Source: Anolis carolinensis
Lineage: Eukaryota
Length of the DNA stretch: 64,000 nucleotides
Direction: 5' to 3'
Assembly: GCF_035594765.1 (NCBI RefSeq)
Contig: NC_085845.1
Location: forward strand, 188,806,897 to 188,870,896
Shown here one piece after another: positions 1-12,374 of this stretch (position 1 is the first letter of the stretch; every line of letters begins with the position of its first letter). The notes below the pieces were generated by a model. It ran no database searches. It was not told where the DNA came from and saw only the letters and a program-made list of their open reading frames with translations. Both the position numbers and the translations under genes were made by a program.

Positions 1-217
1 CACAACTGTGATATCTGGTGTGTTGTGTTCCAGAACTTTGTCAGTCTGGATTCGGAAGTCCCACAGTATCTTTGCGTGTTCATTTTCCACGACCTTTGCT
101 GGTTTGTGATCCCACCAGTTCTTTGCTGCTGGCAGGTGGTACTTGATGCATAAGTTCCAATGGATCATTTGGGCCACACAGTTGTGCCTCTGTTTGTAGT
201 CTGTCTGTGCAATTTTC

Positions 218-218
<1 letters not shown>
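1..218 (-). mobile_element. Dong/R4-clade LINE fragment (restriction-like endonuclease region), 5'-truncated against (TAA)n
   Basis: Minus-strand translation YKQRHNCVAQMIHWNLC...ILWDFRIQTDKVLEHNTPDITVV carries the RHN/WD/PD endonuclease motifs; it abuts a TAA microsatellite. Confidence 0.75.
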
Positions 219-270
<52 letters not shown>

Positions 271-358
271 TTGACACAGCAAACATTATTATTATTTTAT
301 TATGACACAGCAAACAAGATAGATATGCTGGATTTCATTATTATTTTGACACAGCAAA

Positions 359-409
<51 letters not shown>
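218..409. repeat. (TTA)n microsatellite interrupted by three short Dong 3'-end pieces
   Basis: TGACACAGCAAACA at about 272, 303 and 347 matches the Dong terminus at about 37494. Confidence 0.8.
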
Positions 410-728
410 CTGCATTTCTATACTGCTTTTCTCACCCCTGGGGGGACTCAAAGCAGTTTACAACATAATAAATGGCAAAATTCAATGCCTTACAAATATA
501 TAAAAATATGGAACACTTCTATGAAATATGAATATGAAATATGGAACACTTCTGGTCCCAAACATTTCGGAAAAAGGGAATTCAATTTGTACATAAATTG
601 TGTGATGGCATCGAGGCTTTTGATTTCTGTTAAGGCTGATCTCCAAGTGAGCATGGACAGGCTTGCAGCCTTAAAGTTGTTCCTGAGTCTAAAATAAGAT
701 TATACTTAATGTTTTTTTTCTATTGCAG

Positions 729-874
729 GATTAAAGTGCCCTTTGATGTTGATGAACAGAAAGCAAGTGTTCCTTACCAGATGCTTCTTCTCTTGGAGCA
801 GATGCAGCAGAGCAAACAGAAGTCTGTACATCCCATGAATCTCGTCCAGTGCCTCTCAAAACACGATGTGAAAT
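729..874 (+). CDS. USP18: USP18 exon (IKVPFDVDEQKASVPYQMLLLLEQMQ...HDVK)
   Basis: cag|G at 728/729 and T|gtaagc at 874; 146 bp. Confidence 0.9.
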
Positions 875-3800
875 GTAAGCAGCAACTGGAAATAGTTTGT
901 CCTTACTGGAAGAGGAAGAGATGGCTTGCAGTTGTCCCTCTCCACATGATTAAGGAATGGTATCAAAACATTGCAGTCTAGTAGGGAGTCTGAAACTGGA
1001 GGGAGCACAATAATGAAAGTGGGTGAGAATACCAGCCTTGGGAAGGGCATGAAGGAGCCATACAGATAATATATTGTGTTAAATCCTGGTTGTCATGTTG
1101 TCTCCTTTGCTAGTGTTTGTTCTTTATGATGCTGCTGAACTTTTCCTGATCCTATGGAATCTAATTAAGGACCAAATCACAAGCACAGATTTGGTAAGTG
1201 TTCCTTTTTTCCCCATACAACAACAGATTTTTACTGTGTTGTACCAACTAAGCATGCACCCTTGAGGCAAGGCCAACTAAAGATGGTTGGGATATGTCCA
1301 ACGAACTTCAGTTAGACACTTTCTACCACCCAAAATATGTACATAAACCAAGGAGTCCTGGAGGCTTATTATTTCTGCCCTTGGGACTCATTATTTCAGT
1401 CCCTGGAACCATGAGGGCATCTGAACAGATGGACTCTGTTCTCAGACCAAATGCCATCAATACATGAAGCTACGTGGGAGAGAGAATTTAAAAAAAAAAT
1501 CAAGACTGTAAATATAACTGTGATTGTTATTCTCCTAACTGCTCTGTCCTTGAACTATAAAATTAACTTTAATATCTTTAAAAATCCACTTTCCCAGCTC
1601 TGCCCAAAATAGCAGGCCAGGAATATTGGTTTGGCTACCAAAGATACAACAAGAGGCCAGTTAAAGGAGGAAGGATTTTTTTTCTGAGACAAGGTGCTCA
1701 AGCTTATGGCTTTCTGTTTTGACATTCTCTTCTGTTTTGACATTCTCTTCTTTTTTGAGACAAGGTGTTCAAGAATATGGCTTTCTGTTTTGACATTCTC
1801 TTCCTATTCCTTTTAAGGCTGAAAGACTCACTCATCAGTACACTATTCGACTGAAGGAACATCTAACATGCCAGGAGTGTTCGTGTGAAACAAAGAAGGA
1901 CAGCAACCTGATAATGCTTCCTCTCCACTTGTCTGATTCTGATTCTCATGCATTTAAGAAGTTGGTAGGTATATAAGGACATGTTTGGAGTTACATCTAT
2001 CCCTAAGGGATGAAATGTTAAGGGGAGTATTTTTTCAGGGGGTTGAATCTTGGCCTCCAGGATATATTAAAATGTAACTTTACATTGGCCATTTTGCTTC
2101 TGACATGATTAAAAAAAGGAGAAACTTAGCATCACCGTGAAATCGTTGTGGGTTTTTCGTGGTGAAGCTAAGATTCTCTTTCATAAATGAGGGAAATGAA
2201 TGGTGCAGAGTTGGCAGTTTCTCCCTCCAGAGGAGGAGACGACAGAACCAATCCAAAGGGAACCGAAGAGCAGAGGAGACAAGAACGGAGGCACTTCTTA
2301 ATTGAAAAATTAACTTCCATTATCCATATTATGAAAGTTGTAGTCTGACACATCAGACACTAAATTGGGAAAGTTGACTTAAAGTAAATTGAGAAGAAGA
2401 ATCTGCATTTTGCTTCATATAATCTTTCTTTGCTCTTTCTAGGAAGATGCATTGCACTATTTTTTTGCATCAGAACAAATGATGGAAGAAAGTGCATTTT
2501 GCTGTGAGCAATGTAACCGGAAAGCACCAAGATTACGGGTAATTTTGTCTTTTTTCTGTGGATTGCGGAGCTTTACTATTTTTTTTGGGTAAAATTCACC
2601 ATCTTCTCAGGGGTTTTTTTGGTGAGGATAAGAGGCAGGGCCTTCTTGGTTGCTGTTCCCAGGATTTTGAACACCCTCCCTAAGGGGGCTGGGATGACTC
2701 TGACCTTGCCCTATTTTTGTTGGCAATTTAAAACATTAATTTTTCAGACATAGACTGATTCAATGCTATGTGGTCCTGATTTTAAGGTCTTTATATAGTC
2801 TTTAAAGGTTTGTAACATCATAATTGTTTGATCGTGTATCAAACAGCATCTATATTTATTCTTTTACTGAAGTTTTTATATAGTTTGCAATCAGTATTGT
2901 TTTAAATATGTTTTTAATCACCTTGAGTTTCAATATTGGGTGAAAAATAGGGCAATAATAATACTGATTATGACATGAGGAATATTTATTCTCTATCCTC
3001 TTCTGGGAAGAAATCAGGAAGGGGCTCCATGGTGGTGGTCAGCTGAGTGCGGGATCTAGATTTTCTGAAGACAGAAGGGTCCACGAGATCTTTTCTAGTC
3101 ATAAGATCTCTATTCCCTTTTTTGCCTATTCCATCCTCTGTTCTCTAGTCTTTGCCTTCCAATATTTAAACAGGGTTATTTTGCAGGGTGTGAAAGTCAC
3201 ATATCTGCCACAGACACTCACCCTTCACCTGAAACGGTTCACCTCCAATGAAAGACATCGAACTCGGAAAATCTACAATTCCTTATCCTTCCCACAAAGT
3301 TTGGATTTCAGCCAGATTTTGACCCCAGAACAGTATTGTCCGGATATCCAGGAAAAGGTGGGATACTTCTCTGCCTCATCGTTTGCTGTGGTCTTAGAAG
3401 ACTTCATGAAATGGGTTGAGTGTATAGGAAGTGTTGTACACTTGATTTCGAAAATGTGTCACTACATGTGTAGTTAGCTACAAATCCCATTATCCGTAGC
3501 AAATATAGGTGATGGTGAGAAATTATGGATGTTACAGTCTGCCAACTTCAGGTGATGACTATGGGGATCTTAGGTGTTGCAACCTGCCAACACTGTTCCA
3601 TACATCTGTCAGACCATTGGCCCTTTTAATCTGGTTTGTTTTCCAGTGACTATAGGGTTGCAAGCAAGAAGTCTCCTGAAGGTACTATATATTGAATCTC
3701 AGATTTTTTGCATACTGATGGTCTGATTTACTGATAAACTCCTGTCCCTCACTGAAGTGGTTTTGTATGCACCAGGTTTAGCTAGAAAGTACCAAACTTG

Positions 3801-6800
3801 GTGGAAATTTTCAGATGGCCTAAAATGATACCTGCATTTGCTATGGCCTTAACATTACAGTAGAGTCTCACTTATCCAACATTCGCTTATCCCATGTTCT
3901 GGATTATCCAACACATTTTTGTAGTCAATGTTTTCAATAAATCGTGATATTTTGGTGCTAAATTCGTAAATACAGTAATTACTACGTAGCATTACTGCAT
4001 ATTGAACTACTTTATCTGTCAAATTTGTTGTATAACATGATGTTTTGGTGCTTAATTTGTAAAATCATAACGTAATTTGATGTTTAATAGGCTTCTCCTT
4101 AATCTCTCCTTATTATCCAACATATTCGCCTATCCAACGTTCTGCCGGCCCGTTTATGTTGGATAAGTGAGACTCTACTGTATTTGCATGCAGAAGATTG
4201 TTAATCTCAGGGGAATAAATTAGTATCTCATACATCTTTCAGTCTGTCAATCCCAATTAGATGTCCTCAAGGTGCCTGGCAGAAACAGCCTCTTCACAAG
4301 GATACCATTTGAGCTCTTGGGTTGCCACATTGTTGTTCTATGACCTCTAATGGTGGAAGATACTTTGAGATAGAGGAGCAAAACTGGATTGCTATTAGGT
4401 GAATCCACCCATTACTTGGCATATAGAATCAGTTTTGTCAAGGACTATGCCTGTGTTGGGAATCTGAATTATGTAGTGGTTTGAGTATTGGGCTACAACT
4501 CTGTGAGATTGGAGTTTACATCCCAAATTGGTCATGGAGATCTCTTGTCTGATGTTATGCAAATTAGAGAAAGTGATGACAACCCCCCTCTGAACAAATC
4601 TTTCCTAGAAAACCCAAACCCTACGCTAGGGTTACCAAGTGTCAAAATTGGCTTGAAGATATATAACAGCACCAAATGTATATATGCATTGATCTCATCC
4701 TTTCCCTGCATCAGACTGTGGAGGTGTGTGTGTGTGTGGGGGGGGGGGGGGGGTGGTGGTGTTGTAATTGAACCTATTTCTGGATGGTTTCCTTTCCGCA
4801 GTCTATATTAACAGACAACATATTTCTAGTGTTTTAGGTAGGAGTCTTTTCTAATCCTTCCAAATTATGCCTGGGGTTGAACCTGGGACTTCCTGCATGA
4901 AAAGCACACCTTCTGTCTATGCGATTCAAAGCCTAATCTACTTTTACTTCTCACCTTGGCACTTAAATTGGAGTCACCAGTAAATCTGCTTGCTTTTAGC
5001 TGTGTGCAGTGTTACCCTTCAAGAAGCTACATTTACTGAGAGAAGGTTTGGAAAGAAGGTGGAAGCAGGAGAACTTCTACTGCTTTGGAATCTCTTGAAT
5101 ATGATTTTCATGCTTCTTGGCATGGGGTCGGACTGGATGGCCCACAAGGCCTCTTCCAACTCTATGATTATAAGTTTTGCATCTGGGTTGTGCTTCCACT
5201 GAAAGTGTCTATGTATGTCTTTTTCCAGGATGATGGGCTGTATGATCTTTTTGCTGTTGTTGCACATTCGGGATCGGCTGACTTTGGTCATTATTGTGCC
5301 TATGTTTGGAGCCTCACAGAACACAAATGGTATTGTTTCAATGATTCCAGTGTCTGTCAGGTAAGCAAACTAGAACTTACAAAGTAAGAAATCTTTCCTC
5401 AATTTCCCTGAACATCTTGAAAAGAGTAGGACCTGAGATCTAAAAGATGTTGTAGCACACTGGGCATCCTTCAATGGATTTGGGGCCATTCTCCCCCAAA
5501 GCCATTTGAAATCTAAGGTAGCTATAGTGATGGGACAGTGTTTATCTTTTTTCAACAATAAACGCATGAAGGATTCAACAACATTCATGTAGATTCCATG
5601 TCACAGTGTTATAATTTAAATGTGCAAGTGCAAGGATTTTTCTAATACAAAATTATTCCTTGTAACATATCCAACTAAATTGTTATTTACTGAACATACC
5701 CAAATCCTTTAACACAAGGAAGTATTCTCTCTGTCACATGATCAACATTTAGTTGAAACAGAGACTTCCTTTCTAAATACAGTAGAGTCTCACTTATCCA
5801 AGACTCGCTTATCCAAGCTTCTGGATTATCCAAGGCATTTTTGTAGTCAATGTTTTCAATATATCATGATATTTTGGTGCTAAATTTGTAAATACAGTAA
5901 TTACAACATAACATTAATGCATATTGAACTACTTTTTCTGTTAAATTTGTTATATAACATGATGTTTTGGTGCTTAATTTATAAAATCATAACCTAATTT
6001 GATGTTGAATAGGCTTTTCCTTAATCCCTCCTTATTATCCAAGATATTCGCTTATCCAAAGTTCTGCTGGCCCGTTTAGCTTGGATAAGTGAAACTCTAC
6101 TGTAGCTGGTTTTGGTTCCCAGTTCACATAATGTGATTCTTTCACCCTTATATCTTTTAGAGGATTGACAGTTCTTTGCCACGTATCTGTTGTTCAAATC
6201 TGTTCAGATTTTCTAGAATTTGCCATATTGGTCACCTCAAGATTCCAAGGCCCAATCCAACTTGATAACGAGATCAATGTCCATGTGCCCCTTAAGTATT
6301 TCTTAAACCTTGGACTATTAGGAAAAATAGCTGAAGAATGAGTTACAAATTCATATTAATATTTTATTCTTGTTAACATGGATACACTGATTAACATGCT
6401 GTCCTCAATGACGTAAGGTGCAGTCATATTTAAGAGTAGACTCACTGAAGCCATTGGGAATTAGTTATGATTAGCTGAAATCTCGTTGCTTTTATTTGTC
6501 TTTTCTAAATATGGTCTACTCTAAGTAAATCAGAAGGTGCCTCCGGTGGCGCAATGGGTTAAACCTTTGTGCCGACAGGACTGCTGACTTGAAGGTTGGG
6601 TTGCTGAGCTGAAGGTTGCTGGTTCGAACCTGGGGAGAATGCAGATGAGTTCCCTCTGTCAGCTCCAGCTCCCCATGTGGGGGACATGAGAGAAGCCTCC
6701 TACAAGGATGGTAAAACATCAAACATCCGGGTGTCTTTTGGGCAATGTGCTTGCAAACTGCCAATTCTCTCACACCAGAAGCATCTTGCAGTTTCTTAAG

Positions 6801-7799
6801 TCGCTCCTGACATGAAAAAAAGTAAATCTTTTCTGTAAATGGTGTATTGTCAACACTAAGTATGGTTGGGACTTTGAATAAATCTCATAAGCATGTTTTT
6901 TGTGCTTTACACTATATAGGTATTCTGGGATGATATCAAATGTACCTATGGAAGAGCATCTCTCCGTTGGTAAGTGGAAAGGATTCCTAATTTTTCTCCT
7001 AATCGTACAAGAAAGGCCAGAGTGATAGTGTTAGTGATGTTAACATTTTCAAACTGCAATTGTAGCAAGATAAATAGTAAACATAATTCAGTATGCCCCC
7101 CTTTTCCCATGTGCAAGATTGGTGCCATTTTAAAATACAACAAAATACAGCTTGTCGAGGCATTTTTGAGTTCCTCCAATGTGATATTCTTGGGCTGGAT
7201 TTCAATAGGTTTCACTGTTATCCATGATTTTACATATTCACATCCACTCCAGGAACATAGCCCTTGCAGATATAGGGATAGGTCTGTATAACAGTTATGC
7301 AAGAGACTGAAAGATAAACTCCATGCTATGCTGAATATTCAGTTAAAGATCCTTATATTCTTTATATGTGTGTAATTGTGCACCAATGAGAAGATTTAAA
7401 CTAGGGTTGGAATTCTGTGGATCTCCAGATGTTATCAGACTGCAGCTCCTGGCAGGCTTGCAAATCCCATCCTGAGTTTAAAGCCTCCTTGCACTTGGAG
7501 CAGAAGAAGGAAAATACCACTTCTATCCATGATCTGCACTTGTACTCAGTATTCTCAATCCATATTGGGGTTTTGCATGTTTACTTGGATTTCAGAGAAA
7601 ATGTGTCGAGGAAAATCAAATTAATGGTTTGCTTGGTTTCTTTTGTGCCAATGCATTCTGAGGACTTGATGCACCTTGATCAGTAAAATACATCTTTGGT
7701 GTTTTTTCTTCCCTCTTTTCTCTTTCTTGTAGGGGAGAAACAGCCTATCTCTTGGTTTACATGAAAAAGAATTGCAAGGCGCTCTGGTCAGATTTATGA
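729..7799 (+). CDS. USP18: Ubiquitin-like carboxyl-terminal hydrolase 18 (USP18), 3' eight coding exons; 5' part outside the window
   Basis: Exons 729-874, 1114-1193, 1818-1964, 2443-2538, 3187-3357, 5229-5360, 6920-6969, 7733-7799 all have AG/GT ends and join in frame. Peptides are USP18-typical: SVPYQMLLLLEQMQ, LWNLIKDQIT, LPQTLTLHLKRF, His box HSGSADFGHYCAY...WYCFNDS, WDDIKCTYG, ETAYLLVY. TGA ends at 7799. Confidence 0.93.
1114..1193 (+). CDS. USP18: USP18 exon (LFVLYDAAELFLILWNLIKDQITSTDL)
   Basis: tag| and |gtaagt; 80 bp, phase fits the previous exon. Confidence 0.9.
1818..1964 (+). CDS. USP18: USP18 exon (AERLTHQYTIRLKEHLTCQECSCE...FKKL)
   Basis: aag| and |gtaggt; 147 bp; first CxxC of the zinc finger. 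Confidence 0.9.
2443..2538 (+). CDS. USP18: USP18 exon (EDALHYFFASEQMMEESAFCCEQCNRKAPRLR)
   Basis: tag| and |gtaatt; 96 bp; second CxxC. Confidence 0.88.
3187..3357 (+). CDS. USP18: USP18 exon (GVKVTYLPQTLTLHLKRF...DIQEK)
   Basis: cag| and |gtggga; 171 bp; LHLKRF box. Confidence 0.9.
3858..4180. mobile_element. Tc1/mariner (Tigger-like) MITE
   Basis: TIR CAGTAGAGTCTCACTTATCCAAC and TA target duplication. Confidence 0.85.
5229..5360 (+). CDS. USP18: USP18 His-box exon (DDGLYDLFAVVAHSGSADFGHYCAYV...WYCFNDSSVCQ)
   Basis: cag| and |gtaagc; 132 bp; catalytic His and Asn present. Confidence 0.93.
5780..6102. mobile_element. Tigger-like MITE, same family
   Basis: Same TIRs, TA TSD. Confidence 0.85.
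6535..6820 (+). mobile_element. tRNA-derived SINE (Anolis SINE2-like, A tail)
   Basis: A box TGGCGCAATGG, B box GGTTCGAACC, ends GCTCCTGACATG(A)n. Relatives at 9410-9681 (-), 37847-37929 (partial), 41022-41272 (-), 43858-44138 (+). Confidence 0.8.
6920..6969 (+). CDS. USP18: USP18 exon (VFWDDIKCTYGRASLR)
   Basis: tag| and |gtaagt; 50 bp. Confidence 0.88.
7733..7799 (+). CDS. USP18: USP18 last coding exon (GETAYLLVYMKKNCKALWSDL*)
   Basis: Long pyrimidine tract then tag|; AYLLVY terminal USP motif; TGA. Confidence 0.9.
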
Positions 7800-9409
7800 A
7801 CATTATGAGCGACTGGAGAGAGGTCCTAATAATGAGCAGAATAATGACATTTTCTATGTTATCAATGAAAAATCAAATCCCCAAAAGTCAAAATTGCAAA
7901 TGTGGAGAGATGACTGTATGTGAAATCAGCCCTATTATGATATCTGCTCAACTCATATGAACACTATGAACTATTCGGTTTGTACATTTTTGTTGCAGGC
8001 ACTCACACATGATCAGTGAGTGTTTAGCCAGGACCAGTTTGTGAAACTCTGTTTTATAGGAATTTTGTTTAAAATCAAAACTGATCTCAGACATGCTGCA
8101 TCACATAATTCTTTTCACAACTTGCTTTGAAGTTTTTATGTTTTATGAAAGAATGATGTCTGACACAACATCTATTTTGTTTTGTTTTTTAATTCAGCAC
8201 AAAAAAGATACATTAAAAACAGCAACAATACTGAACATTTTTTGAATCATCTGGTGTGATGGTAACCAGTGTTGCATAGGATCTTTGCTGGTATATTTTT
8301 TCTTTCCATTTCAATTTATAAATGTGTAGAATCCAGTCTTGGGTATCTGTCCCTATGTAACATGCTCTGACATTGTTATTTATGTGGAGTAGCTGACATT
8401 GTTAATTAATATATATTCTATGTAATGTATACTGATTATACAGTGATTTAAGTTATTGTGAAGCAGGCATACTATTATTATATTACTTTGTTGACCTTGA
8501 CATTGTTGTTACTATTGCCCTGGACTCATAGCAAAACAAAATGCCACAAACATTTGTGCAACTCAACACATTGTCCAGAACTCTTCAGCAGAGATGGCAT
8601 GCTTATCAAATAACCTTATTATATACTTTTTGTTTGTTGAATTTTATATCCCACCTTTCCATCAATAAGTTCAAGAATGGAGATATAGATCTCTTCCTTT
8701 CCACGTGATCTTCACAATAACATTTTGGAGTGGATCATGCTTAGGGAAATGATTGTCCAAAAGATTTTCTTGGCCATGTTGGAATCTTGGTCTTCAAAGC
8801 CCTAGTCCAACATATACTATCCTGTTCTAAATGTATTTTCTTTATAGGAGTCAACATGATGTAGCGAATCCCTCACATTTCATGAGATAAGAGAATGTTT
8901 GACCTGTTGGAGGCAAGCCTTCAGATTACTCAGATACTTTAGGCATGGGTGCTAAATTAAAATAAACAGAAAACCAGTATGTTGTTGTCCCAGTGTCAGT
9001 TTACTGGCTTCGTTGTTGAGCATCACAGTGGTGGCCATGGCTTGGAGGCAGACTGGCCATTCCCAGACTGCTGGAGTCAAACTGCTTGGAGAAGTAAGCT
9101 ACCAGCTCATACAATGACACTATAAACCATCATGTCTATGCATTTTTGTTGCAGTCACTCACACATGACAGATGAGCCAAAAAAATGTTTGTGAAATTGT
9201 GTTTTTGTGTGGATTCCCCTCCCCCCAAAGGTTGACAGCTTGATCTTGCAGAAAGTTATCTACCTTTAAGTAGAAACATATTCATAGAAGACGATGCAAG
9301 CAATTCAATTCACAGGCTTGCAAAATGCGGGCCATAAAAACTTTTTAAAAGAATGTTTGCTAGTTTTATAGGAATTTGGTGTTCTAAACCCAAAAACTGA
9401 CCTCAGACA

Positions 9410-9681
9410 TTTTTTTTTCATGTCAGGAGCAACTTGAGAAACTGCAAGTTGCTTCTGGAGTGAGAGAATTGGCCATCTGCAAGGACATTGCCCAGGGGAC
9501 GCACGGATGTTTTGATGTTTTTACCATCCTTGTGGGAGGCTTTTCTCATGTCCCCACATGGAGCTGATAGAGGGAGCTCATCTGCGTTCTCTCCAGGTTG
9601 GATTCGAACCTGGCAGCCTTTGGGTCAGCAACCCAACCTTCAAGTCACAAGGCTTTAACCCACTGCACCACCGGGGCCTCC
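9410..9681 (-). mobile_element. tRNA-derived SINE (Anolis SINE2-like)
   Basis: Reverse complement of the 6535 family. Confidence 0.8.
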
Positions 9682-10439
9682 TCAGAGATGACATTCTGTA
9701 ACTAAAAATACATTTCAAACAGCTACAATATTGAAAGCTTACAAACATTTGATGGGATGGTGATCAATGTTTGTTTACCAATATGTAGTAACAGTTGCTT
9801 AGGATCTCTGTTAGTATATTTATTAGTTTTCTTTTCATTTCAATTTATAAATGTGCAGAATACAATATCGAGTATCTATTCCTATGTATAATAAGCTGAC
9901 ATAATAAACTGACATTGTTTTTATGTAAAGCAGATGATATTGTTAATTAAAACATTTTAAATAATGATTTAAGTTACTGTGAAGCAGACATGCTGATATA
10001 TTACTCTATTGATTTTGAAATCTAAGTTGTCGTTTTGGGTGTGTGTGTGAGGGGAAATGCCACAAATGTTTGCACCAGCCTATACATTATCCAGAACTCT
10101 TCGGCACATATGGCATGCTTTGCTTGCTATCTTTGAAGAAAGGGCTCCAGACCTGGCATATTTTTCCCAACTGTCAAATAAACATCACTATATACTTTTT
10201 TACTTGTTCAAGGGCGTGGTTACAGCTCTCTTCCTTTCCACTTTGCCCTCACAATAATCCCGTGGCTTAGATCAGGCTAATAGAACTGACTGTTGAAGTG
10301 AATTTTTTGGCTCAGTTTGAAATCTAGATCTCTAAAGTCCTAGTCCAACACAAACCACACTGCTTTGAATGTATTTTTAGATGTTTATTGGAACATATGG
10401 GAGCAGTCATGGTGCAGCAAGACCTTCATCAGATATGAC

Positions 10440-10575
10440 CAGTGGTTCTCAATCTAGGGGTCCCCAGATGTTTTTAGCCTACAATTCCCAGACATCTCAG
10501 CCAGTTTACCAGCTTTTAGGATTTCTGAGAGTTGAAGGCCAAAAACATCTGGGGATCCCAGGTTGAGAACCACTG
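10440..10575. mobile_element. Palindromic hAT MITE
   Basis: CAGTGGTTCTCAA...TTGAGAACCACTG termini. Confidence 0.75.
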
Positions 10576-11879
10576 CATAAGATGTTAGACTTGTTAAAGG
10601 CAAGCCTTCAGGTTACTCAGATACTTTCTTCATGCAGAGATGTTGAAATATAATGAACACAAAACCATATGCTGTTGGGCTCACAAACCTGCATAGATTT
10701 CCTTACACTGTTTTGGCCATCATACAACGACCATATTTTGTACAAAGTGACTGAAGTGTTCCTATAACTCTAAATACTAATGTTAGTCCCAACTAGAGAG
10801 AAGCCATTGAAATTACATTTCTTGCTGTGTACGATTATCGTTTCCTCCTTATGGCAACCTTACAAGATTTTAATAAGGCTGAGAGTGTGTCACTTGCCAA
10901 GGATCATCCGGTGGGTTTTCACAGCTGAGTCAGGATTTAAATCATGATCTCCAGAATCACAGTCCAGTGTTCAAGCCGCTATGCCATTGTAACAATTAAT
11001 GAGGCTTTTTTGTTAGGAAATTGGTCAATCTTACCCACATAAGCCTGTAAGGGGCACAATTGATTTTTTGGGATGAGAGATTGGCCTATTTTAATTCCCA
11101 GAGAAGTCTTTTTAAAGTTATTTTTTAAAGACATCTCCCCCCACCAGGCGTGAAGCCCAGTCCTCTGAAAATTTCCAATGCTAGATGTTTTTAAAGACAT
11201 GTTTAGCCAATTACCAGACAAAAAACATTGGGTGAGCAAAAGTAGAAGTCCACAAGTGGCATAATACCCATATATACTTGTCTAGTCATGTATTTCCCCA
11301 GGTAATTTGAGTAAGTGCAGCAGGCATGACAAATTAATATAAGCTAAAAGGAGGCAAAGGAAGAAGTGGAGGCCTGGGAAAACATCAAGCAGCAGCAAAT
11401 GATTTCTGCAAGGCCATTTTGTATTTGGGCAGAGTTTCCAAAAGCTAGAACAATGAAGATACCACACCAGCTGTGAATGCAAATTCACGTCTGATCAGCA
11501 CATCCTTGATGCTTGCTCTCTTTTCTCCTAACAAGTAGATAATGCTGGAATAAGCAATGACTCTCTTCCAAGCCTCTTTCATGAACTGGCAGAAGTGTGT
11601 TTGAACTTAATACTGTCAGTTATCCTAACGAAGAGCTCTTTAGTGCCATTTCATCATTGAATTTTGACATCCCAAATTAAAAACTAACACACGGCTGTAA
11701 TTCCTATAGTTAATGGTCTGGGAGTTGAATTCAGTGGGATTAATGTGTGCTTAGAGTGTGGACTGTGATTCTGGAGACTAGTGTTCAGATCTCTGCTCAG
11801 ATATGGAAACCATTTCAGCTTCAGAGGATGGTAAACTCACCCTCCTCTCAACAAATATGTCAAGAAAAAACCAGGAATA

Positions 11880-12172
11880 GGGTTGCTGTAAGTTTTCCAG
11901 GCTGTATCTCCATGTTCCAGGAGCATTCTCTTCTCACATTTCGCCCACATCTAAGGCAGGAATCCTCAGAAATTGTGAGGTCTGTTGGAAACTAGTCAAG
12001 TGGGGTTTACATATCTGTGGAATGTCCATGGTGGGAGAAAGAACTCCTGACTGTTTGAGGCATGTGTGAATGTTGCCATTGGTCAGCTTGATTAGCATTG
12101 AATAGTCTTGTATTTTCAAAGCCTGGCTGCTTCCTGCCTGAGGGAATCCTTTGTTGGGAGGTGTTAGCTGGC
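11880..12172 (-). mobile_element. Older Penelope 3' fragment with a decayed hammerhead
   Basis: Homologous to 30380-30478; GAAACGTC is mutated to GAAATGTG. Confidence 0.7.
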
Positions 12173-12374
12173 TGCAGGAACTGCTACAGAAGAGCTAGAG
12201 ATGCATTATCCAAGTTTGTTGCTGCTGCGTCTTTGCATGCTCTTCTTCCCTACCTAGTTCTTAAAAGGTCAGAGTAATTACAATTAGTTTCAGAATGGTA
12301 GACAAATCAATGATTGCTCAAAATTTTAGATTTGACTGAGAATTAACAGGAAGATAAAAAAAAAAACTTAGGCA

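Larger units (their letters stand above)
7975..10680. repeat. Old ~1-kb tandem duplication 3' of the USP18 stop (about 7975-8990 and 9135-10680)
   Basis: Colinear shared blocks, for example CATTTTTGTTGCAG.CACTCACACATGA, CAATTTATAAATGTG.AGAAT, AAATGCCACAAA, CCTAGTCCAACA, AGGCAAGCCTTCAG.TTACTCAGATACTTT. Confidence 0.85.

Noticed and set aside
160-468. ORF with poly-Ile/Leu runs (also 37085-37534 and 37575-37931)
   Set aside because: Translations of (TTA)n microsatellites and LINE ends, not genes.
6535-6640. tRNA genes (A and B boxes in several places)
   Set aside because: All are SINE heads with family bodies and tails; no complete cloverleaf seen.
11925-11972. Third hammerhead motif as a functional ribozyme
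   Set aside because: Cleavage triplet and stems I and III are mutated (GAAATGTG).
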